Shown in pieces: positions 35,754-45,443 of a DNA stretch of 64,000 nucleotides (position 1 is its first letter; the number at the start of each line of letters is the position of its first letter). The stretch is from NCBI GenBank assembly GCA_001599295.1, contig BCGN01000002.1:248001-312000 (forward strand). The letters run 5' to 3'. The notes beneath the pieces were generated by a model. The model worked only from the letters and a program-made list of their open reading frames with translations. It was not told the DNA's origin and did not search any database. The position numbers were made by a program, and so were the translations under genes. Source of the stretch: Sporopachydermia quercuum. Its lineage: Eukaryota.

Positions 35754-36067
35754 TTTAAGTCAGCTTTTTAAGAGATTATGTAATAATCTAAACAGCTGCC
35801 GGTTTTGTTCCATTATAGTCTCCGGTTTCCTACCAACTTAGTTTTCCATATCACCTCCGCTTTTGATGTTTATCTTTCTCTTGGATATATCTTTGATGTT
35901 GAGAAAGAATTCTATTAGTTTATAAAAGTTCAGGCGTTTGAGTACCGTTATAGTTGAATACAATCAAAATATCTCGTAAACGAACCTTCTTTTGTCTCAA
36001 AACTGAAGTTCAGCAGCCGGAAAGCTATCGCCATCACCAACAACAGCATCCGTCATACGCAAGCAAT

Positions 36068-36605
36068 ATGGTATGTCCAATCCTGACTCTGTTCTGCTAC
36101 TATACATTATGATCTCAATAATTTACTAACAATTATCACTAGGTATTTCCTATTTTTCTTGGTATTGGTGTTGCTACAGTAGCTCTTGTTGTAAGTTTGG
36201 CTGAATTATCTGACATCACATTGAGTCCACATGGACCGACATTAATGAGAGCCAGTACATCTACTAACTGATTGTTTTAAATTTCAGGCGCGGGCAGGTT
36301 TACGTGCGGCAGCACGTTATAAAGCTATGGAAAAGAGTTCAGTGGGGCATTCTATGAGTAACAAGAATTTCTATCTAGGAGGTTTTGAACCGAAAATGAC
36401 TACAACTGAGGCTTTGAAGATACTTAATATGAAGCATGAAGACATATCACTAGCAGTAAATGCAGAAGAAAAATCCAAGAGGCTGAAGAAACAACATAGA
36501 AAAATCATGTTAATAAACCACCCAGATAAAGGAGGTTCAAAGTATTTGGCTATGAAAATAAATGAAGCAAAGGAATTATTAGAGAAGAAGAAGTCGATCA
36601 GGTGA
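36068..36605 (+). CDS. MDJ2: Mitochondrial inner-membrane J-protein, 3 exons, 122 aa: join(36068..36070,36143..36190,36288..36605)
   Basis: Splicing gives MVFPIFLGIGVATVALVARAGL..., similar to the Mdj2 N-terminus, followed by GGF.PKM...EA..IL and HPDKGGS. Both introns have TACTAAC. The gene is adjacent to PEX6. Confidence 0.88.
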
Positions 36606-37467
36606 GACTAGAACGAAAATGAAAATCTGAGAAGGGACTTCAAACGTTAGGAAAACATGAAAAGTATTTGTTATAATTATAGAGAGGTTTTGGGAGGTAG
36701 TATTTCGTTAGCGTTTTATATATTTTTATTGTTGATTTACGGGAATTGGTGGAAATGGGATTGATAGAAAGAAAGGTGACTAGAACATTTTAGGACAAAA
36801 TGTAGGGGTTTGAATAGCACCAAGGCAAAAATCAAACTGACATTAGTTTTATTGTGAAAGCATGTCCAGTAAAAGCTCCAGATACAAGCTTCGAACCTAT
36901 ACTCAGTGAAGATGATACGCGTATGGCAATTTGATCCAGATTATTTCTTGATTTGTACTTCAGTATGAAGCGAACTGGAGAGGAGACCAAATGTTGACTT
37001 CTCTGAAGAAACCTCATAGTAGTTGATACTGAAGAGCTTAACGCTGAATGTCTGTCTCTGTAATAGGATTTTGAACCATATGAAAAGGAGGCCACTGTTC
37101 AACGTGATTCAATGTTTAGTTATCGTTTAGCTACTGACTGGGTGGTTGGTCAGGTAAATAATCTGCTTCAAGTAATCTGAATAATCCCGTTACCACAAGC
37201 TGGCTGTTCTGTATTGAATCCCAGCTCATGTTATAGAAAATAATTGATTATTATTATATGAGATCACCTAAATATGTTTCATTGCAATTTCTCTCTGTCG
37301 TATTCTGCCCGGCCCAACAGCATAATACAACTTTGTTCTAATCCTGGCGCAAACAGGATACGAACATCTCCGCTGTAGATCATGTGATGTCGCACAGAGT
37401 TTACGACTGAAATTTATGTTGGGAGCCCTCATTTATGCGTCATTACCTGCTACAACATCTCTAGTTT

Positions 37468-37499
37468 AAATCCACATTCATATACCTGAATGTGGATTT
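37468..37499. repeat. Inverted repeat, 13-bp perfect arms with 6-nt loop
   Basis: AAATCCACATTCA-tatacc-TGAATGTGGATTT. Confidence 0.85.
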
Positions 37500-38022
37500 G
37501 AATAAACCATTAGTATAACAAATTATTACCCCTCTTTCTTTTCTACTGTAGATATTGAATTTTTATCTATTATATATGTCAAGTGTTTTATGCCAACTCT
37601 CTCCTTTGCTCATGTCTCCTCACCTCGAACCCCTGTGTATATCACCGCGAAATCCAACCTCGGAACTAACCATCATCTTTTCCGTCCCAAAACATATACA
37701 ATGACTAAAACTCATCCCCAGAAAATCCACAATTAACAGTAACCACAAGTACTTTCCATTCCAACTTTCCAGTTACCTAGCGCCAACCTCCAATACCAAT
37801 AATCAGGTTCAATAAAAGTACAATTTGATGATAAAGCTGGCCAGAAATTGCTTATTCGTGCATGCTGTTCCCTTCTTCAAAAGGGACTTTTAACTCAACA
37901 GGATTTCGCTTTTTTGTTCTTGTTTTTTCCATCGTCAATCGGCTTCCAGAGATACGTTTGAAGACTAAATGAAGAAGACACAATTACAGTACCTGTTCAT
38001 ATGTTCTTTATAAAACGAAAAG

Positions 38023-41000
38023 ATGCCCAGCATTAGTAAGAGTAACGGAGATGTTGATATCGCCAATTCCTGCAACATGGATAATGGGTTAATCAAACAA
38101 GTGAGAAAGCCGGTGAAGCCTATTCCTTGTAAATTGCATTTCAGACCTATCAGCAGTCCATTTGGATCAAGGTCAGCTTCCATAACATCTCTCCCGTTAG
38201 GACAGCCAGATGTAACTCTTCCTGAGCAAGATTTTGTCTCAATATCGTCAGATATATACTATGAGCTCTTTGGAGCTGTTGACGTGTCTTCTGGTGATAA
38301 ATATGTTGCTCTTAAGCCTTTAGGATCATTTCTTCTTGATAGATTCATGGTATTCAGAGCGAAGCTCAATTATGCATTAGATGCCGTTTCATGCGAGCTG
38401 CAAACACCATCGACAGTATTTCCGGGGATTCATGCCGGCCAGAACTTTGAAGAAGCATTGTTGATGCCAATCACTCCTATTCCTTTAGATCATGTGATCT
38501 TATCGGTACCAGGTGTACGATATACAGATATACAAGAATACTCTGAACAGGAACTAGCTAATGTGCTGATAGGATCTTCTGAAGGACAATTATCTTGTAT
38601 TCTACGACTGGGTCAAGTTTATAACCTGTTTGATGGTCGAATAGAACTCTGTGAACCTGTAGATCAAGGTCTGTTTATTCCCGGAAGAACCCGGATTACG
38701 CTGCTGAAGCACAACCGAGCAGAACTCAATTCTAATTTGTTTGATGGTGGAGAAAATAACGTTTCTGGCTCCGGAACACACTCAATTCTGACTCGGATCA
38801 ACAGTCTGAACCGGCCGCATGCTGGGAAACCTGTTGCTATAACAGGGGGTGTTATTGGTGATAACACAGGAATCCTCACGACCAATTGGACGCCAGCCGA
38901 GTATGTAGATTCGATCAGTCCGGAATCCCCAGATTTGGCTATATCCCAGTTTCTCGGAATTGACGAAACAATAACGATGGAAGAATTTGGAAACGGGGTA
39001 TCAGAATCGGAAATAATGGAAGTACGGCTAAAAGTTCAGCCAGTTCAGTTTCCTCAGGAGCATGCCGATATAATTTCGCCGAAATCGTCTTCATTGGAAG
39101 ACCCCGAAGCACGTGGATATGTAAAAACGGAAGAATTGGCTCGGATAAGATGCTTTTCGGGTGATTGGGTGAAAATCGCTAACCCAGACTCTCCAAAGTC
39201 CGCTCGATACATCCGCCTGTTTTCATTCCCTGAACCAAGCAATTTCAACTACGATTCTCTGTATATTTCACCTATACAATACTATAATTTAGGGTCTCCT
39301 AAGGAATTATCCGTGTCTAGAGTAGACCCTTCGTTTACTGGTATTCCTACAGCAAAAGAAGTTGTGCTTGCACGAGTAGCATCACCAATTACAGTGAACA
39401 AAATGTACCAACAGTCGTTTCTGGCTGGACTAAAGACTTATTTTCAGGCTCGTCAACGAGTTGTCAGCAACGGAGATGTGATTCCTATTCCTATTGATAC
39501 TATACTGGCACACACAGTGTTTGGTGTAAGTATGGAAAATGAAGACGGAACTGGAAACGGAAACGATAGTTCTGGGCTACAACCTGGGGTCAACTCGGTG
39601 TTGCCAACCGGAAATAATAATGCTGTGGCTTGGTTCAAAGTGGTTGGTTTTACTCCTGGCGGAAACAGATCAGAGACTTCGGAAATCTTCGCGCAGGCGG
39701 TCGTGAATCCTTCGCAAACNCGAATGGTTCAATCTGGGTTAGTTAACTCCCGAGAAATCCCAGCTTCAATTCCCTGGAGACAATACTTGAATATGGAGGA
39801 TTTGTTCACATATAATGATCCGGATAGTTTCCCATATGCGCACAAACTACGGAAACTATTACAGGCATCTACTTCTACTTTAGGTTGTGAGACATTAAGT
39901 ACTTCTATTATACTTGCATCATCTACACGTGGGACAGGGAAAACCACAGTAGTCAGAAATGTTGCAGCAGAACTTGGACTGCATGTTTTCGAATTGGATT
40001 GCTACAGCTTAATTGGTGCTTCTGACAGTAAGACAATAGGCACTTTGAAGGGTAAATTGGAAAAGACCAGAGAATGCAATCCGTGTATTATTCTATTAAA
40101 GCATCTTGATGCCTTCACCATGAAATCGGATCAGGATGGAAAAGATTCAGGAATAGTCTCCAAGCTGAACGAAGTGTTCAATGAGTATATCACAGTTCCA
40201 GGAAAAGGTATAGTTGTAGTAGCTACAGCTAATGATCTTGATAAGATATCCGAAACAATTAGGACCAGATTTAAGTTTGAGATTGAAGTGAGTGTCCCAA
40301 GTGAGGTAGAGAGAAAACAAATTTTTCTTTATTTGTTGGGCCATTGTAATAGTAAGGGGGACACTGAAGATGATCTAGAAAAGGAGTTGGTAACAGGAAC
40401 TCTTATCCCAATATTACGGAAATCATATAACCAATCATTCCAAGTGCGACCTGATGTTTCATTTGATTCATTAGCGCTTCAATCAGCAGGTTTGACTGCA
40501 ACAGATATTGTGACAATTGTAGAAAATACTAAAGCATCTGCTTTAGAAAGAACAGAAGATTTTATTGACTTGCAAACAGAAGCTGATATCATTCTGGAAG
40601 ACGTTATAAATGCTTGCGGAGGAACTATAAGGCTAACATCTGACGATTTCTATGAAGCAATTGCTGATGCCAGAAATAAATTTTCTGATTCTATTGGTGC
40701 TCCTAGAATTCCTGATGTTAAATGGGACGACGTTGGAGGTCTTTCAAATGCTAAGGATGAAATTCTAGATACCATTGAAATGCCACTAAAGCACCCTGAG
40801 TTGTTCTCTAATGGCGTGAAAAAGCGAAGTGGTCTTCTGTTTTATGGACCACCAGGTACTGGTAAAACTTTACTTGCAAAGGCTATCGCTACTAATTTTT
40901 CCCTTAATTTTTTCTCTGTTAAAGGACCCGAATTACTCAATATGTACATTGGTGAATCAGAAGCCAATGTTCGAAAGGTTTTCCAAAAGGCACGTGATGC

Positions 41001-41943
41001 CAAACCTTGTGTTATCTTTTTTGATGAATTGGACTCTGTAGCACCAAAAAGAGGTAATCAAGGAGACTCTGGAGGTGTGATGGATAGAATTGTATCACAA
41101 TTGCTTGCTGAATTAGATGGTATGAGCTCTGGTGAAGCAGGCAGTGATGGTGTTTTCATTGTAGGAGCTACCAATAGACCAGATTTACTTGATGAAGCCT
41201 TGCTGAGACCAGGAAGATTTGATAAGATGATATACCTTGGTGTTTCTGATACACATGAGAAACAACATGCTATTTTGCAAGCTTTAACTCGAAAGTTCAG
41301 TCTCCATCCTGATGTTAAACTGGAAAAGATGGCTGAGAAGTGTCCGTTCACATACACAGGAGCGGATTTCTATGCATTATGTTCTGATGCCATGTTAAAT
41401 GCTATGACAAGGCAAGCATCTTCTGTTGATCAGAAGATTGCTGAGTTTAACGAGAACGCCAAACAAGAGTTTATTGGCGGCGGCGGATTAGAAGCAGATT
41501 TCATTCCTATGTCTACCAGGGTCTGGTTTGAAAAGGTAGCCACTAAAGAAGACATTGAAGTTCTCGTTCAAGTGCAAGACTTTGTTAAGGCTCTAAAAGA
41601 GCTCGTTCCTTCTGTTTCTGCAGACGAGCTGAAACATTACATGCAAGTTAGAGAGAACTTTGAAGGTGGAAAGGAAAAGCAGCATCAGAACCAAGAAAAT
41701 AATAGAGGAAGAACAGTTGAGAACGAACCAACGATAGGTGAACTTGTAAATAACTTTCAGAATTCTTCTGCAGGAGAATTCAATAGTGTTGACGATGATT
41801 TTGGCTACTCCGATGATGAGCAAACAACTGTTGTTGATGGGTACAGTTCCATTGAGAAAAATGTGAATACCAACCTTCCTTACTCAAATGGGTCTAGTAT
41901 CTCTGGAATTGAGAGGAAAGGGAAAAACAAGATGAATGATTAG
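38023..41943 (+). CDS. PEX6: Peroxisomal AAA+ ATPase
   Basis: Degenerate D1 (RGTGKTT) and canonical D2 (IGAPRIPDVKWDDVGG, GPPGTGKT, IFFDELD, GDSGGVMDRIVSQLLAELDG). Confidence 0.97.
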   Translation: MPSISKSNGDVDIANSCNMDNGLIKQVRKPVKPIPCKLHFRPISSPFGSRSASITSLPLGQPDVTLPEQDFVSISSDIYYELFGAVDVSSGDKYVALKPLGSFLLDRFMVFRAKLNYALDAVSCELQTPSTVFPGIHAGQNFEEALLMPITPIPLDHVILSVPGVRYTDIQEYSEQELANVLIGSSEGQLSCILRLGQVYNLFDGRIELCEPVDQGLFIPGRTRITLLKHNRAELNSNLFDGGENNVSGSGTHSILTRINSLNRPHAGKPVAITGGVIGDNTGILTTNWTPAEYVDSISPESPDLAISQFLGIDETITMEEFGNGVSESEIMEVRLKVQPVQFPQEHADIISPKSSSLEDPEARGYVKTEELARIRCFSGDWVKIANPDSPKSARYIRLFSFPEPSNFNYDSLYISPIQYYNLGSPKELSVSRVDPSFTGIPTAKEVVLARVASPITVNKMYQQSFLAGLKTYFQARQRVVSNGDVIPIPIDTILAHTVFGVSMENEDGTGNGNDSSGLQPGVNSVLPTGNNNAVAWFKVVGFTPGGNRSETSEIFAQAVVNPSQXRMVQSGLVNSREIPASIPWRQYLNMEDLFTYNDPDSFPYAHKLRKLLQASTSTLGCETLSTSIILASSTRGTGKTTVVRNVAAELGLHVFELDCYSLIGASDSKTIGTLKGKLEKTRECNPCIILLKHLDAFTMKSDQDGKDSGIVSKLNEVFNEYITVPGKGIVVVATANDLDKISETIRTRFKFEIEVSVPSEVERKQIFLYLLGHCNSKGDTEDDLEKELVTGTLIPILRKSYNQSFQVRPDVSFDSLALQSAGLTATDIVTIVENTKASALERTEDFIDLQTEADIILEDVINACGGTIRLTSDDFYEAIADARNKFSDSIGAPRIPDVKWDDVGGLSNAKDEILDTIEMPLKHPELFSNGVKKRSGLLFYGPPGTGKTLLAKAIATNFSLNFFSVKGPELLNMYIGESEANVRKVFQKARDAKPCVIFFDELDSVAPKRGNQGDSGGVMDRIVSQLLAELDGMSSGEAGSDGVFIVGATNRPDLLDEALLRPGRFDKMIYLGVSDTHEKQHAILQALTRKFSLHPDVKLEKMAEKCPFTYTGADFYALCSDAMLNAMTRQASSVDQKIAEFNENAKQEFIGGGGLEADFIPMSTRVWFEKVATKEDIEVLVQVQDFVKALKELVPSVSADELKHYMQVRENFEGGKEKQHQNQENNRGRTVENEPTIGELVNNFQNSSAGEFNSVDDDFGYSDDEQTTVVDGYSSIEKNVNTNLPYSNGSSISGIERKGKNKMND

Positions 41944-42467
41944 ATGAAATGAATAGGAACCAATATATTATCTTTTTATATTCTTTAGATATTTTTTTGT
42001 CCATNATGTGTTTCTGATGATAAATAACGGAAATGGTCTTGCTCATAAGTATTTTCCGAAATTTCCTTAGAGGGTATTCTAGAGATGTATATGTTATCTT
42101 TTCCATATTGATCATCACGTGACAACATAGTATCCATAATGTCGTAATGTATAAACTATATTGTTTAGCAAATGGAAAAAGCATTTTTCGTCGACCAGTC
42201 AAATACGACATGACATGACAACTCAACGATAGCAGCGTTGAGGGATCAACTCTTTCTTTTATCAACGAAACTTAACAAATCCGTAGTTATCGTATGTTAT
42301 TTATATGTTCAGCAGTAATATTTATTACGAAACTGATTTCCGCAGCACAAAGTTATTGTGGTTGTGTTCCTGTATCATAGACATCTATAATACATAGGTT
42401 GCACTATCCAGTTACCCTTAGTACCATACTAGTATCACACCAGACCAGTATTTATAAAAGAAAAATC

Positions 42468-44393
42468 ATGAACAGAATGACATATCCTTTGCAATATACT
42501 ATTGGCCAAAGGCTGGCAGCTTTTCTCCAGTCTACGGATGATTACTACAAATATAGATCTCATCTCAGCAACCAAATATCAGCAATGAGGAAAACGTTAA
42601 AACTCAAATATCGTGTGACTGAGAAAAATGGCTATAGAGGAACAGACAAACTATTTCAACTCACTGGCGAGTCATTAGCTGACGAGAATGGAGAAAAGAT
42701 AATTGAATTGTTTCTTGCGTTGGCTGAGAGAGATTGGATTCATTCATTAGAAGTGAAAACAGTGTTGGAAGTGAATCCTTCAAAGAAGAGAAGTAGATAC
42801 GCTTTATTGAAATTGAGTAGGGCTTCCATTTATGTGAATAAGCTGAACGAGGTGTTGAAAGGGTATTTTGAAAGTGAAGAAAATGCTACTGAAGTCCTGA
42901 CTATCAAGCGATTAGAAGCCTATGTTTATGGGTTCCTACTACAGGGTAATTTGGCATTAGGCAAGCAAGACTATGACCAATCTTTATCGTTATTTTCAAC
43001 TGCCCACGTGATTCTTCAAAGCCTATTGAAATCTTCTGGTGATAACGGAACTGGAAAACAATTATACCGAGATGTTCTTGATTCAGAAATCGAGCCTAAA
43101 CTCAAGTTTGTTGCTTTCCGAAGAGTAGGAACTAGAGGCCACGACTTGAAGTCGGTTAGCCATAGTAACTATATTAGCAACCATGACAGCATTGAGCTTT
43201 TAGGAACTATTGATAGATCTTTTGTGAAGGAAGCTGATGGAAAGTTCGGATACAATGCTAAAGCTGGCGGAGCTAGTTCCGGAGATGATTCACTTGACGT
43301 TGATATCGATATTGAGGTCGACTCTGAAGTTACGTGGAGAGGACATACTGCCTCCTTGGGAAACAGAGATGAAGTTGCTTACTACCTAGGCAGAATCAAG
43401 AAATTGCAAACCATTCTACATACAGAGCTTGAAAAGAAGGAACATCAAGAAATCACAAGACAACAAGAACAAGGCATCACTGAATTGTTTGATCCACTAC
43501 AACAAGAATGGCAAGAAGCTTTAGATATTCATAAGCAAGAAATGGCCCGTGCTGAACTGTTAGAAGAAGAAGACGAGAGCCAAAGTGATCAAATTTTGTT
43601 AACTATGATTAATTATAATATTCTGTTCCTAAGAATTTATAGAGATTTCATCTTAGCGAGCTATTTAGCAAAGGGTTCTGGTAACAGTACTGATCTGACC
43701 AGCACCAGTGATGTTGTTAAACTATACGATATGATATTACAATCGTTAACATCAATTGGAGAACTTCCAGGTGTTTACTCTGATGATGAACTATGGAAAT
43801 CCTTAGATGCCTGTATTAAATTTGTCACAGCTAAACGGTCATTAGTTCTTGCTTATGGATATAAATCCAGTGAGTTGAATAATAAATACAAGATTGCTCT
43901 AGCTATCACTGATAAGACGATCAAGGAATTACAAGGATTGCCTGCAGAAGGTATTACTGTTGAATTTCCTGTTGGCGATTATTTGACCAACAGTCGATTA
44001 CAACAATTGAATAAAGAAATCATTGTTGAATATAAACACTTGGTTGCTTTGGCTTACCACGAACAATATTTATATAAGCAAGAAGAAAATTTGACAAACC
44101 ACCCTACCCTTGCCTCTTCAATTATTGAAAATCCAAAGAAATATCCTAAGGGTACTGCTGAAGGAATTATTTATAGACTAGCAGCTAATGTTGATGGTGA
44201 ATCTAACAGTTTGACGATCAATCCAATAATGCCCAAGCCTGTTTTATTTGATATTGGTTTTAACTATACAGATATTGAAGGTAATGAAAGTACTACTACT
44301 GGTAATAGTGGTGAAGTAAGTAATAAGGCAATTGCTAGTGGCGATGGAGATGCTACTGATACAAAGAAGAAGGGTTTCTTTGGTATTTGGTAA
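42468..44393 (+). CDS. SRP68: Signal recognition particle subunit SRP68
   Basis: N-terminal R...FL....DY.KYR.HL, LALAERDW, VTWRG, PKPVLFDIGFNY and C-terminal KKKGFFGIW. ATG is at 42468 or 42477; the ORF track begins at a TTG. Confidence 0.9.
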   Translation: MNRMTYPLQYTIGQRLAAFLQSTDDYYKYRSHLSNQISAMRKTLKLKYRVTEKNGYRGTDKLFQLTGESLADENGEKIIELFLALAERDWIHSLEVKTVLEVNPSKKRSRYALLKLSRASIYVNKLNEVLKGYFESEENATEVLTIKRLEAYVYGFLLQGNLALGKQDYDQSLSLFSTAHVILQSLLKSSGDNGTGKQLYRDVLDSEIEPKLKFVAFRRVGTRGHDLKSVSHSNYISNHDSIELLGTIDRSFVKEADGKFGYNAKAGGASSGDDSLDVDIDIEVDSEVTWRGHTASLGNRDEVAYYLGRIKKLQTILHTELEKKEHQEITRQQEQGITELFDPLQQEWQEALDIHKQEMARAELLEEEDESQSDQILLTMINYNILFLRIYRDFILASYLAKGSGNSTDLTSTSDVVKLYDMILQSLTSIGELPGVYSDDELWKSLDACIKFVTAKRSLVLAYGYKSSELNNKYKIALAITDKTIKELQGLPAEGITVEFPVGDYLTNSRLQQLNKEIIVEYKHLVALAYHEQYLYKQEENLTNHPTLASSIIENPKKYPKGTAEGIIYRLAANVDGESNSLTINPIMPKPVLFDIGFNYTDIEGNESTTTGNSGEVSNKAIASGDGDATDTKKKGFFGIW

Positions 44394-45443
44394 CGAAGGC
44401 AATATAGTAATTGTTTCTATGACTGTAAAGGTATAATGCATATATTTACGATGATTGGAGACGTTCTTTTTTATTCTTAGTTAACATGTGAATCATAATA
44501 TATACAACATTTTGTAATGCTAATGTCTTAAATGTGGTGATAGTAATTCATGTATATCAATAACGTTACTATCAACAATTAAGGTACAGCGAGGTCCTTT
44601 ATTTTGTGCCAAATTGAACATGTTTCTTACAATCAATGTAATAGCATCGGACTATAAGAGTCAAACAAATAGTTTTCGCCAACCTATGAACAATGATTCA
44701 TTATTCAATTTTTCACTATGATTAACATGCCTCCAACGGTATTAACATTTGGGATGAGATGCGATGCTCATATTTCTAAACCTCGGAAACAAGATTAGAC
44801 AGGAGCAAAATAGCGGAAATCATCCCGTTTCTATGTTCCCCCGATATTTTCATCATTTTAAACTTTATTTAGCATAACCTACCTGATGAGATATAGTTGC
44901 GTTGCCTTCGATGTTATCTTGAATTGATAATAGAAGGCAATCAATAAACTGTACATTCTCTTTATTCGTTGCTTTTAATATTAATGGTACTGGTTCATAG
45001 ATGATAAATGTTGTAGTATGTTGATGCGCAAAGGATTAATTGGTGGAGGTACAAAGTTCGTGAATAATCACTAGCTTCACTCAAGACGTTTGTGGACGAT
45101 TATTTTGTGAACGAAGATAAATTTTGTCAGTGATCATAGCACAAAAGAGTTTCGGGTAGAAGTACTAAACAACACAGAAATAATCAGAAATATATATGTG
45201 ATACGTGTTAATAGNAAGGCGAACTACTTGTGATTTATCTGTTTATCCACTTTCTTATCAGTCCGCTCTTTCGCTGTAATTTCACTATAAGAGCATTAGT
45301 ATACCTCAAGCTGAAGCTAAAGCTAAGCTATCAACTGCTTTGTTAACTACTAACGATTTACAACTTATCTGGAAGGCATATATGTTTAGTTTTGTATTGA
45401 CAGCATATCAGTTAGAAAGAGATACTATTAAGTAACTATTATA

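Noticed and set aside
37448..37520. snR30/U17-like geometry: AAACCAT exactly 7 nt before ACA at the base of a hairpin
   Set aside because: The m1 motif (AUAUUCCUA) is poorly matched (ACATCTCTA) and there is no H box before the hairpin. The same AAACCAT-N7-ACA occurs at 18642-18658, so chance is plausible.
45001..45411. Possible upstream exon/intron of the MARCH5-like gene (GTATGT 45016, TACTAAC 45348)
   Set aside because: The plausible acceptors do not join in frame to the ORF. At most this is a 5' UTR intron, which cannot be supported without transcripts.
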